NCBI RefSeq assembly: GCF_006345805.1
Contig: NC_043025.1
Coordinates: forward strand, 14,632,001 to 14,696,000
Reading direction: 5' to 3'
Source: Octopus sinensis
Taxonomy: Eukaryota
Length of the DNA: 64,000 nt
Made by a program: the position numbers and the translations under genes. The notes beneath the pieces are model-generated. The model worked only from the letters and a program-made list of their open reading frames with translations, was not told where the DNA came from and did not search any database. Within the stretch, counting starts at the first letter, position 1. Each line of letters begins with the position of its first letter. This document shows positions 24,229-36,859 of the stretch, piece after piece.

Positions 24229-24660
24229 AATGATGTGTCCTCCCTTGTTGTTGTATAGCCCCAGGTCAGTCTTGATCCAGCAGACCTTTCATCAAAGATG
24301 TTCCAGCTGTGACTATCCTGTCTTATATTCAGACATAGTGTATCTAGGACTACATTATCTAATGTGTCCTTCCCTGTTGCTGTTGTTTAGCCCCAGGTCA
24401 GCCTCATTCAAGCTGACCTATGATCAGAGATGTTCCAGCTGTGACCATCTTGTCTTTTATTTAGACACAGTAGTCCAACCCATGCTAGCATGGAAAGCGG
24501 ACGTTAAACGATGATGATGATGATGATGAATGTGTCCTTCCCTGTTGCTGTTGTTTAGCCCCAGGTCAGTCCCGATCCAGTAGATCTATGATCAAAGATG
24601 TTCCAGCCGAGACCATCCTGTCTTTTATTCAGACATAGTGTACCTCGGACTACATTACAT
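24229..24660. repeat. Tandem copies of the ~125-bp dispersed unit
   Basis: Same unit as 763-1125, interrupted by an RTE-tail fragment at about 24476-24528. Confidence 0.88.
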
Positions 24661-25009
24661 AATGCATCCTTCATTTTTTTTTTTTCTTTTATAGGCAGTA
24701 GGGTGTGATTTAAGTCTTTCAGGGATGAGAAAGATAGGCCAAAAACAAAAAAAACTCTAACAAAGCAAAAACTTATATTCTTGTTCTTTTGTCGATTGAC
24801 CTTTGGCACCAAATGGATCCAACTGACAAATGTTCCTGTTTGTGTCGCAGAAATTGTTGCCAAGTGTAAGGGCAGCTTCTGATTCTCTGATTTAGGGAGT
24901 GGTGTGTTTTCTGAGCTACCAACCAAGCAACGAAAAGAATTTTAAGTTTCTGATTCAATTATATACCATTATTCTTGCTCACAACATCATAAGCGGAAAG
25001 TGTCACCTC

Positions 25010-25315
25010 TCGAAAGAGATGTTCTTCACTCCTGTTCCAGAGCGTCGGCTGCGGGGTCACTCCGAAAAGCTCTATCTGCGACGATTTCATCTCAATCGAA
25101 GGAGAGGGGCTTTCTCCGTCCGGGTTGCGGTTCCGTGGGATAAGCTGCCGGACAAGATAGTGAAGATGCTGACGACTGCTCGGTTCAAAGTCTCCCTTGA
25201 CCACAAATGGCCTGAACTCTTTACATGAACACCACCCTGTACATAACTCCATGTCCCCCTACATGGCCTTGCTTTTTGCTTTTTGAGCCCAAAAATTAAC
25301 TAACTAACTAACTCA
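25010..25315 (+). mobile_element. CR1-type LINE 3' fragment in last EHBP1 intron
   Basis: RRLRGHSEKLYLRRFHLNRRRGAFSVRVAVPWDKLP with (TAAC)n tail. Near-identical longer copy at 52590-53140. Confidence 0.88.
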
Positions 25316-25427
25316 TGAAACCTATAAAAATAAGTGGGGCTTTATTTGCACCCACCCAACTTGAAAGAGTTAAGGCAGGTTTAGCTGCTATCTCTCCATG
25401 GATAACCCGTTTCTTTTTTTATTCCAG

Positions 25428-25509
25428 TATTGCCGAGGACGAGGAACTTGACTTGAAGATCAGTGAGGGCAACCTGCTTCGCAAGGAGAAGATTTGCAGT
25501 GTGCAGTGA
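25428..25509 (+). CDS. EHBP1: EHBP1 terminal coding exon with CaaX prenylation motif
   Basis: Acceptor ttttttattccag, phase 2. Reads IAEDEELDLKISEGNLLRKEKICSVQ*; CSVQ parallels the CVLQ CaaX box of vertebrate EHBP1. Confidence 0.93.
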
Positions 25510-25539
25510 TCCTGAGCCAACGTAATCCCTCCAAACTCA

Positions 25540-26385
25540 CAGCAGCACATCATACAAGGGTCCTGAACAAGCTGTGGACCTTAAACTTTCAGCATCACGT
25601 CTTTCAATGAACCTTTTAAAAGGACTCTGTGTGTGTTTTTTTACACACAAACTTACCAAGGGAGAGAGAATCCTTTAGGGTCACTGTGGATATTTTGAAA
25701 CCCCTAAAACTGCATGATGCAGTGATCCCTTTAAGGGAAACCTCGGACCTTAAACCTTCAGCATAACATACAGCGAATTATTGTGGCTTGCGGACCCCTA
25801 CCCTAACACCCCAGTATTACAAGGTACACTAAATTCTCAAAGGTTTGCCAACCTTAACCCCCTGCTCCCCATCGACTCCAGCATGACATGGTACCCTGAA
25901 TTTTTGAGGGGCCTGCCACCCTTAACCCACTAACTCTCCCTTAACTGCCTAACTCTTCCTCAACTGCCTAACTCTCCCTTAACCCCTAACTCCCCTTAAC
26001 CCCCCCCCAACTCCCCACTCAAATCCAGCATCACATGATACAGTGAATTTTTTCCAGGGTATGTTGACCTTAACTTTTCCCTAGCTTCACTCCAGCATTA
26101 CAGGTTAACTGAATATTTAAGGGTCTGACACCCACCTCCACCCCAGCCTCACATGTTACAGTGGACATTTAAGGGCCTGTTAACCTTAAGGCCCTTTCCT
26201 TCTCCTCCCCAACTCTAACAACACATGGTACAATGAACTTTTAAAGGGTCTGTTGACTTAATCCCTCCTCTCCCCTACTTCACTCCAACACCTCATGATA
26301 CAGTGAATTTCTGAAGGGTCTGCCAAACCTAAACCTCAAACCTTTCACCCCAGCATCACATGGCACTGTAAACTTGAACCTTTTC
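25540..26385 (+). repeat. Degenerate array of ~11 conserved ~45-nt cores with variable C-rich spacers, in probable EHBP1 3' UTR
   Basis: Consensus by eye CCAGCATCACATGGTACAGTGAATTTTTAAGGGTCTGTTGACCTTAAC. Cores near 25590, 25700, 25758, 25811, 25878, 26025, 26091, 26143, 26213, 26284, 26349. Confidence 0.75.
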
Positions 26386-27271
26386 TATGTACTTTGCTGT
26401 ACTTTAACTGTACTTTACACACAAGCGCCCATCAGGGTTCTTCAGAGACCCTGTGGACTTGAAAACTCAGTACTGCCCTTCCCTAACACTCTGTAGTTTA
26501 GGGATCAGGTCTGAATGAAACCCTCAACCTCCCTATGTCACCCAACTCAACTTCCTTAATCAATGGACATAATGTAAGGGGGCTGCTTGGTTGATTTGGA
26601 CCCTACCCTTCTCACTACAACGATCTGAATGAATCCCTTGTAACCCCTGATTAACTAAATATTAGTTAGGGGTTACTAAGCTTCTGACTAAACACCGTAC
26701 AGGAATATCCTTAAAAAAACTCGCCACTCTAGACCCCTTAATTCATTAAAGCCCACCCCAAAAATCCACATTGTACAGAAACTTTAAGGGACCTTTTGTA
26801 CCTGAATATAAAATTTAAAAAAAAGCTGGTTGTAAGGGATTCCGTATGTATTGAAACTATTAACAGAAGCCCCTAAATCAGAAAGGGACCTTTTAAGAGG
26901 CCCTTGTTCTTATTCTCTTCCTTTGAAATCCCAGATTTGCTTTGTATTGTAAGATAGAGGGAGCTGTTTATATTTGTACCTTAATGTTTTGAAAGAAAGG
27001 GAAAAAAAAAGGAACAGATGAAATGGGATCCCCTAAAGAAGATCTTTGGACAATAGGGGGGCTTAAATGGGGGTTTCGTCTGCTTGTCTTAAATTATATG
27101 GTGACGCACATGCAAATGAGATGCACCCAGCTTATATGAGGGGACAGGGGACGGGGGACACCAGCACACACACACACACACGTTTGCACACATGTAAATA
27201 CACACATACACAAACACACACATTCATACACTTATTTATGCGCACAAAGGAGACACACACACACACACACA

Positions 27272-27400
<129 letters not shown>

Positions 27401-27435
27401 CATACATTATATATATATATATTTGTATACATACA

Positions 27436-27467
<32 letters not shown>

Positions 27468-28362
27468 CATACATACATATATATGAATTTATTTATATAT
27501 ATATATATATAAATACATACATACATATATATATATACACATGTATATATAAAAGATGCTACTCCCATGCCTCTCACATGGACAGCTACTAAAATACTGT
27601 TCTCTCTCTTTTACCAATACTCAAAGGATGACAGACAAACGACAGAAAGGGGCTGGTTGGGTGCCCTCACAAAATCGCTTTATTTTGTACTTTAAAAGGG
27701 TTTTCGTTTGGTATGAAAGAGAGAGAGAGAGAAAGGGGCACAGCTTTGTAGGGGTGTTTATTATTATTTACATTATTATTATTATTAATTTATTTGTTTG
27801 GCTCTGCAGGTGTATTTTTTTTGTCATTAATGTTGTTGTTGTCCTTTAGCCCTAGGCCGTCCCTCTCTGAGCAGACCTTGGTCCATAGCATACAGCTGAT
27901 AGGTTACTGATTAAAGGCTCGGCACAGGGAGTTGATTGATTCATCATCGATGCATAGTGACCCCTGTTGCTAGGTCCTTGTTGTGCTTTTGGTGGGTCTG
28001 CAGTGTTTGTTTTCGTATATGTATCTAAATTGTGTGTGTGTGTGTGTGTGTGTGTATAACATCATATATATACATGTGTGTGTTTGTGTGTGTCTGCATA
28101 ATATAGTATATATATCTATATGTGTATGTATGTATATATGTATATACATACATATATGTACATACCTACATATATATGTATATATGCATATAATTATATA
28201 TTATATTTATAATATATATATATATATATAGATATATATATATATATAAATGATATATAAATATATGCATATATGCATACATATATGTACATACCTACAT
28301 GTATATGTATACATGCATATATGGGTACAAGGTATCAAAAAAAACGTTGAACACAATGAGAA

Positions 28363-28428
<66 letters not shown>

Positions 28429-29062
28429 AATAAATAAATAGAGTTTAACGCACGTGTAATTGAAATACTTTTACTTCTGACACATGTTTCAAAGATTTCA
28501 CTGATATTATTCCAAAGGAATAAATGGTGTAAAGCAATGTAATCAAGGGAAAAAATTCACTCATCTATTTATATATATATATATGTGTGTGTGCGTGTAT
28601 ATATACATAACACACACACACACACACATTAGAAGATGAAAAAAAGGATGAAAAGATCCAGGTAGATATAATATACGCCAATTTAAATGAATTTGGTCAG
28701 CTATATCCAGCAATCAGGCACCAGTAAATGTAAGTGGAGATACACAGCCAAGGTCATTCCTCATCTATGACAAACAGGTCTGAACATCATTTAGAAGAAT
28801 TTCAAGAAATTCAGAGCATTTGCCAACAAAAGTACGTGTAGAGAAAAATCATATCTTTAATTGTAGAATCCACCATACGAAGCTGATGATTGTTTCTGCT
28901 GCATCAACACATTTGGACAGAGAAAATATCAATCAGATTAATATATCTGGAAATACATGTTAACACAAGGTTTTCAAGGTGGTCCGAAATCAGTTAAATT
29001 TGGGGTCAAGCAAGGAAATACTTCCAGTACATGAACGCATACAAAAAGAACGTTATGAAATA

Positions 29063-29369
29063 CTAGCAGTATCACCCGGCGTTGCTTGGGTTTGTAAGGG
29101 AAATAACTATATAAGCATTTTTAGAGAGTTACTTCCCTTATATAAACCAAGCAAAAAATGCATTAAAAATGCGGAAAAATGATGGTAATTTTTTTTAAAT
29201 CGTAGACTCATCATAGACGCACGCTAATACCCAGAAGGGCTCGATATGAATCACGACTATAAGTTACCCGAATTTGGTTAAACTGCACCGCAAAATGTGG
29301 GAGTAGTTAGGAATCTAAATCGGAGTAGACAGACACACACACACACAACTTCAGTTTTATATATAAAGA
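29063..29369 (-). mobile_element. Non-autonomous Helitron sharing termini with 13453-13844 but with a different interior
   Basis: A|TCTTTATATATAAAACTGAAGTTG 5' end, hairpin CCCAAgcaacgCCGGG, CTAG|T 3' end. Confidence 0.82.
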
Positions 29370-31123
29370 TAATCTGAGGAAAGCTATTTTTGTATTCAAC
29401 TGTTGATGATATTCAGTGGATAACGAAAGAATAAAAAACTAAAGACATGACTTCTACAATACGACAATTAGAAACAGAGATTCTCTGTGTTGACAATTAG
29501 TTAATTATTTATTAAATATAATAAACTTTTTTTTAGAAAAATTGTGCTTAATATATAATATCTGAAAAATTGTCTGTCCTTTAGAAAATCAGTGTTTAAG
29601 GAAAAATATAGTGTATCAATGTGAGGTAATAATGGGATCACAAGTATTATTAATTAGGTTGATCTGCTACAATTTGGAAATCCGGATTTCATAATTTTTC
29701 TCATTCATTTAAGTATAAAAGGAAATGTAATTCTACAAATCTTAGAAAATGTATCAGGGACTTAAAAGATAGGAATATTAAGTATTATTTAAAGTGGTCC
29801 ATTATTTGTTACGCACAATTGTACAGTATTGGCAATTCTACATGTGATTAAATGTATTATATAATTGCTTCTGAATTAGTATTATTAAATTTTAATGGGG
29901 ATTTGACATTGAAATGTCGCTACAAATTTCTGAAGGCATTTAAACGTTTCAATTCTTATTTATAATTGCTTTTCATATAATAAAATCACTACAAATGTTT
30001 CCACACATCATTACACCCACAACGTCTTTACCGAAAGCTTATTCAACTACACACACACACACAGATGCATATATATTAGCGATTGTGCAATAGTCCTAAC
30101 AGTGGAATGTTTATACACGCAAACACATACGTTTATGTGTGTGTACATTTGTATATATGTTTATGTATATATGTTAATGTATGTGTATTTATGTATATTT
30201 GTGTATATGTATGCTTATGTATATTTATATATATATGCTTGTAAAAGAAAATGTGTGTGTGTGCATGTGTGTATGTATACATGTGTATGTATGTGTATAT
30301 ATGCATATATACACATACATACAGTATAATGTAAAGGTGCTTAGACACACATGTTGTGTCAGATATATACACACACACAAGCACACACACACATACATAT
30401 ACTTTTCTGTGGTGTTGGACTCTAATAAACACCCTGTTGTATCGTTTATGCATTAAAAATATTCCAGTATTATACACCCTGTATTTGTTGTTCTTTCGTG
30501 CACTTTTGCTGTTGTTGTTGTGTATATACAGGTGTTTGTGTGCATCGTTGCTATTGTGCAAAGCTGTCGCAACAGTTTAACATAATAGCAATGATATATA
30601 TACTGTTGTATCTGTTGTGTGTGTATATATATATATATATATGTATATGTATGTATATGTATATTTATATTTATATATATGTACACACACATATATGGGC
30701 GTAGAAACATAAGATAAGACCGGAGCCTGGTGCAGCCTTCTGGCTTCCCAGATCCTCGGTCGAACCGTCCAACCCATGCTAGCATGGAGAATGGACGTTA
30801 AACGATGATGATGATATACGTAAAAAGCACCATCCGAATCGTGGCCGATGCCAGTGCCGCCTCGACTGGCTTCCGTGCCGGTGGCACGTAAAATGCACCA
30901 ATCCGACCGTGGCCGTTGCCAGCCTCGCCTGGCACCTGTGCCGGTGGCATGTAAAAAGCACCCACTACACTCTTGGAGTGGTTGGCGTTAGGAAGGGCAT
31001 CCAGCTGTAGAAACACTGCCAGATCAGACTGGAGCCTGTGCAGCCATCTGGTTTCCCAGATCCCTGGTCGAACCGTCCAACCTGTGCTAGCATGGAAAGC
31101 AGACGCTAAACGATGATGATGAT

Positions 31124-31154
<31 letters not shown>

Positions 31155-31479
31155 CACACATACATATAATAGATGCTACTCCCATACCTCTCACATGAAC
31201 TGCTACTAAAATACAGTTCTTTCTCTTTTACCAATACTCAAAGGATTGACAGACAAACGGCAGAAAGGGGCAGGGTGGGTTCTCTCTGGGGAGAGTCATT
31301 CTCTTTTGATGCCTTTGTAATTAACACACACACTGGTAAAATTTCCACTTATTTCTTTCTTGTTTTTCTAAAATGTTTGTTGCGTCTTGCAACATCTCCA
31401 GCAATTATTGACTGTCCTGCTTCCTCTCACAGGTATTGCGACCTTGCATAGAGATGTCTCCGGATATCTGTGTGAGCAC

Positions 31480-33400
31480 GGAAGATCTCCCCAGTAAAAT
31501 CAGTACTTGCAACCACTCCAACGACCTCACGGGTTGTGTAGTGGGTAGAATGGATGTGATTTCACTCTACCATCTATAGACAGAGATTTTGCTCTGGAGA
31601 AATGCATTCAGGTAATCTGTGAGAGTGAAGTGGAATTCCATAAGGTAAACATGAGGGAACTGGGCCTCCTCCTCAGACTAAGCTCCGACAGTGACTATTT
31701 AGATGACCATCACCTCAGTAGATTCTGCCCCAGCAGGTCACAGAGGGGAAGACCACCCACCATCTCTTCAGCAGTGAAGAAAAGAACCACAGAGCGCTGG
31801 AGTGGCTAGACTGCACCCACCCAAAACCCTGAGAACAACAATCAGGTGAGGGAAATGATTGCATATTCAATAGGGGCCAGTGTAAAAGACACCTTGAAAA
31901 ACCACATAGTAAAGTTTAATAAAAAATCTATGCATGCAGGTTCAAGGTGCAGCCATCGGTGTCAGTGTAGCTGGAGATGTGGCCGGCCTCTTCATGACCT
32001 GGTGGGACAGAAAACTTAAGCAAATGTTAGCAGAACAGTCCACAACTCTTCTACTTTACAGTAGAGATGTAGATGACATTAATATCATAGTTAGGACCAA
32101 CTCTAGTGACGGTGATGTAGGAACATAATGGAGAGCATCCAGCAAATAGCTAACCCCATCCAACCAAAGTATCAAGGTTGCTATAGATTACCCCACTAAG
32201 CACCCCAACAATAGACTCCCTGTACTTGATACTGAACTTTGGTTAGAGACTGAACAATAGGGTGCAGTTCTTCCACTCCTATTACATGAAACCCATAGCT
32301 TCAAAATATGTTGTTCACAAGAATTCTGCTTTGTTACACATGAAAATTAACATACTAATAGCAGACCTAGTTAGAATAATGAACAATGTGTCCCCACTAT
32401 GTGAACCCTATACAGAACTTCATACACCGCATGCAGTTCTCTGGCTATGATCAGAAAGATAGGGTTTGAGTATATAGGGGGGCTAGAAAGAAATTAGATA
32501 ACATTATACTTAATGATACCAGTGGTACCTGCCCTGGATATAGAAACAAAGAATGGAATAGAATACAAAGAACTTGTGACAAAGCAAACAGGGCGAACAT
32601 GTGGTATAAAACTGACAAATATCAAGGAGTGATGTCTGTAGAGGTCAGCCCATGGAGAACTAGCCCGTAGATTTAGGAAAGCTCTGAAGGAGACCAAACT
32701 CAACATTAAGATTGCTGAAAAGCCAGGGAACTCAGTCAGATCACAACCATGTAAGACATACCCCTTTGAGAATAGCATATGCACCAATGATAACTGCATG
32801 GGACATAGGATTAGCCCTGGTATTAACTGTAGAACTAGAAATGTAGTTAACAACATAAGAAGCACACATACACAAATGGAGACTGAAACACATGACCATA
32901 TATATATATATACACACACTTTACTTCCCACAAGGACACATATGGAGATGCACATCCATCCATACATACAAACACAGTACTTAGTTGCAAAACACACACA
33001 TACAGACATGCACACACATAAATAGATACATATGCACACATACATGCATGCATACATACACACACACACATGCATGCATACATACAAACATACACACACA
33101 CATACATGCATGCATACATACATACACACACACATACATACACACATACATACATATATACATACATGCATGTATAGGCATACACACACACACACACACA
33201 CATACATACACATACATACATGCATAGGCACACACACACTGACCCACACACATGCACACAACAAACAAAAGGGAACACAGTGTAAATAAGGGACAGAGTC
33301 AAGACTCTTGAAAAGGTTGCAAGACGCAACGAAAATGTTAGGAAAATAAAAATAATAACTAAGTGGAAATTTTACCGGTGAGTCTGTTACATAATAAGGT
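31480..33400 (+). mobile_element. Decayed Penelope-like retroelement (RT, thumb and probable GIY-YIG remnants)
   Basis: QVQGAAIGVSVAGDVAGLFM...YSRDVDDINII (Penelope RT motifs), LPVLDTELW, FFHSYYMKP...KINILIADLVRIMNN and a Cys-rich linker, with stops and frameshifts. Interrupted by (CA/TACA)n. Confidence 0.7.
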
Positions 33401-34182
33401 ACAAAAAGAGAATGACTCTGCCCAGACACAACAGAAGATGCTTCAACACACGAACTCACATAAAGAATCTTGCAAACCAAATCCAAAAACGAAATGTATA
33501 CAGACACACACACGCATATATATTTATTTATTTATACACACACACACACGCACACACATATTTATTTATTTATATACACACACACACATTTATTTATATA
33601 CACACACACACACACGCACACATATATATTTATTTATTTATACACACACACATATTTATTTATTTATACACACACACACATATTTATTTATTTATACACA
33701 CACACACATTGGTAGTATGTGTATTTATATATATATCTGTGTGTGTGTGTGTGTGTATCTAGTGGAGGTGCAATGGCTCAGTGGTTAGGGTTTCGGGTTT
33801 GCGGTCGTAGGATCGCAGATTTGATTCCCAGAGCGGGCGTTGGGAGGTGGGGGGTGGAATGGTTTATTGAGCGAAAGCACCTGAAGCTCCGCGAGGCTCC
33901 CGGCAGGAGGGGGAGAAGGGGTGGAGGTGGTGAACCCGGCTCTATTCTTCCTCCACAACCTTCTCTCATTCTTTCCTCATATTTACATATTTATTTACAT
34001 GGCGGTGCCCCAGCATGGCCACAGCTCATGAGCTGAAACTAGGATCAATCAATCAATCATATCACATCTTATTTCTTCATATTGGCGCTTTCAACTAATG
34101 TATTAAATCTGTACATCACCCCCAATACTTCAAACATTATTTGACCATATTTGGACATACGACACTTTCAGATAATAGCAAC

Positions 34183-34255
<73 letters not shown>

Positions 34256-34312
34256 TTTTATATATATATATATATACGACAGTTTTAGATAATAGTCACG
34301 ATATATATATAT

Positions 34313-34361
<49 letters not shown>

Positions 34362-34928
34362 CGTTGCTATTATCTGAAAGTGTCGTATGTCCAAATATGG
34401 TCAAAGGCATTTTGTTCCCAACATTAATTCTTGCTTGGAACAGCCGGTTCTTTTGGTTAAACTCTCGTATCTCCAGTCGCTTCAGATGCCAAGATAGGAA
34501 CAATTGGCGAAGTGTTGTGCAACGGTTTTGCTTTAAAATGGTGAAACTATTTTTTTCCTTTTCTGGAAAAAAACAATATTTTGGACTTACGACACTTTTG
34601 CATAATAGCAACGATGTATATATATATTGTGGTATTCTGTCGGTTGCGACGAGGAGGGTTCCAGTTGATCCGATCAACGGAACAGCCCGCGCGTGAACTT
34701 CACGTGTGAGCGGTCGAGCACTCCACGGACACATGCACTGGATGGGACAAGACTGGCCTCTTTGAAAGACAGGTGCGAGAAGAAAGAGGAGGAAAGAATG
34801 AGAGAAGGTTTCAGCTCATGAGCTGTGGCCATGCTGGGGCACCGCCATGCTGGGGCACCGCCATGTAAATAAATATGTAAATAAATATATATTTTTACAA
34901 CCATCCGGCATTCTGAACACCTTTTTAC

Positions 34929-34988
<60 letters not shown>

Positions 34989-35020
34989 TTTATTTTAAGC
35001 AGCAGAAAATTCAACAAAAT

Positions 35021-35058
35021 CTGTTACTCTGAGTTTCTCGTTGCCGTTCATCAGACAG
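35021..35058 (-). ncRNA. Hammerhead-like motif (family A) with canonical CUGAUGA core
   Basis: On - strand: ctgt-CTGATGA-aCGgcaaCGa-GAAACTcagAGT-A-acag. Perfect 4-bp stem I, GNRA-capped stem II, GUA site. Same repeat as the 8687 palindrome arm. Confidence 0.65.
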
Positions 35059-35699
35059 TTTTTGCTATATATATATATATACATGGAAAAAAGAGGTTTT
35101 ATTTCCGCTCGGGAAAAAGTGTAAAATTTGTTCTGAAAAAACGTGTAGTGGTTTTTTTAATGCCAAATTAGTTTTCACAATTCTTTGCTCATCAATGGTA
35201 GAAATATATTAAAAATGCCAGAAAAAAACTTAAAGACCATTGGAGGGGGGGAGCAAACATTGCCTACGCGATGAGTCGCAGCGAGGGAAGAAGCCTGTTT
35301 CCGGCAGAAGACTTCGTCCGTCGGCGATCTGTGAGTTATGATTTCTTTTTATTTGTTGAAACTGTTAATTATTGTAAAGTTTTTTCGAGAATTTATTGTT
35401 GGAAATTGTTTTTGTGAACTGTTGCTTGTTTGCAGGATGTTTTGGACGATTTTATTCCTCGGTTTTCCGGGGAAAAGGGTAAGTTTCTGTGGCCGTTTGG
35501 CAATTGTTTATTTCCAGATTCACCAACGGAGAACATTTTGTAATTTAGCTTTTATAATAAAAATAATAATAAAGAAATTATTGTATACATTGCTCACAAC
35601 TTGTCTAAAGTACGTATAAAACATATTATAATGTAATAATAATGATGAAATTATTGTTTACAGTGCTCACAAGTGCGTATAAAGCATATTATAATGTAA

Positions 35700-36160
35700 T
35701 AATAATGATTAAAGTATTGTATGCAGTGCTCAGGTGTCCCACAACTTGTGAAAAGTGCGTATAAAGCATCTGCAGTGATGTAGAAATGTCTGAGAAGTGA
35801 ACAATGTATGAGTCAGATAGATGCTTGTTTGTGTACGGAGAAAATCAGGTGTAGTGTTGGCGAATCTCAGGAAGCATGGAAATTTTCAAGGATGCAGTGC
35901 TCCGGCAGTTTGTTCCATGCTTCGGCAACTCTCAGCGTGAAAAAATGTTTCCTGAAGTCATGGGAGCTGTGCTGTTTTCTGACTTTGTAAACATGTCCAC
36001 GGGTGTTAGATGGGTGGAGTTTGAAAAGGTGCTCAGAGTTATTGTTTGTACGATGGTTGATAATTTTATGGGTGTCTGCCAAGTCAGCTGCCAGACATCG
36101 GAGTTTCAATGTGTCCATGCCCAGGGATGTAAAGGCGTTCAGAATATGGCAAATGCGTGA
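35700..36160 (-). mobile_element. CR1-type LINE 3' fragment
   Basis: ORF 35867-36118: LKLRCLAADLADTHKII...HPSNTRGHVYKVRK...FFTLRVAEAWNKLP. Confidence 0.88.
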
Positions 36161-36248
36161 TGGAGGGTTGGGATTTGAATAGTTGTTCCTATTTCTAGGA
36201 ATTTATTTTTTGAACTGGGGAGAAAAAAGGGGGAAACCTACAATTTTC

Positions 36249-36681
36249 AGATGTTTTCAGTTTGAACGGCAGTTTGTTAAAATAATTTCCACGTAACTAA
36301 ACACTTTTAAACTTCGTATACTGGTAGAATGTGTTTATAACACATCTTTTTCTCTTAGCTTTATCGAGAAAATTCTATGGTTTGTAAGATATTTGTTGTT
36401 TTTTTTTCTTCAATTTCTGCAATTTCAACCAATCAATGACGTCTATTGAGGTGAAAACATCCTGTGCCGTATGAAAATGTCCCTCGTTTAAGAAACAGAT
36501 TGGGTTTATTTACATTTCTGAAGAAAAAAAGATACCCTTCCCCCACCCCTAGTTCTTACCCTAACTAACCCTAACCCTAAAACAGATTGAAATGCAATAG
36601 ATCGATACTAGGGTCATAATTATGGGTGACAATTTCATATGACACTGCTAGAAAAAACTGCCGTTCAAACCGAAAAGATCC
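36249..36681. mobile_element. MITE with 26-27 bp TIRs and 8-bp target-site duplication
   Basis: TIRs gatgttttcagtttgaacggcagttt / aaactgccgttcaaaccgaaaagatc (2 mismatches). CAATTTTC flanks both sides (36241-36248 and 36682-36689). Confidence 0.85.
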
Positions 36682-36859
36682 CAATTTTCTTTTTAAAAAC
36701 AACAACAAACTATTCAGCCGTTATATTTGAGCTACACTCCCCACCCCCCGATAGGGGTGGGATTTGAACTTACATTAATTATAAAAGAAAATTTTTGGAA
36801 TTGTGTAGGGAAACTTAGGTTTTTTTTTTTGTGTGTTTCTTACAAATTTATCTCAACCG

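Noticed and set aside
25540-26385. CRISPR-like repeat-spacer appearance
   Set aside because: Eukaryotic context, degenerate repeats, unequal low-complexity spacers and no cas genes.
28650-29990. Possible decayed transposase/helicase coding sequence
   Set aside because: Only short ambiguous motifs with many stops; I could not assign a family by eye.
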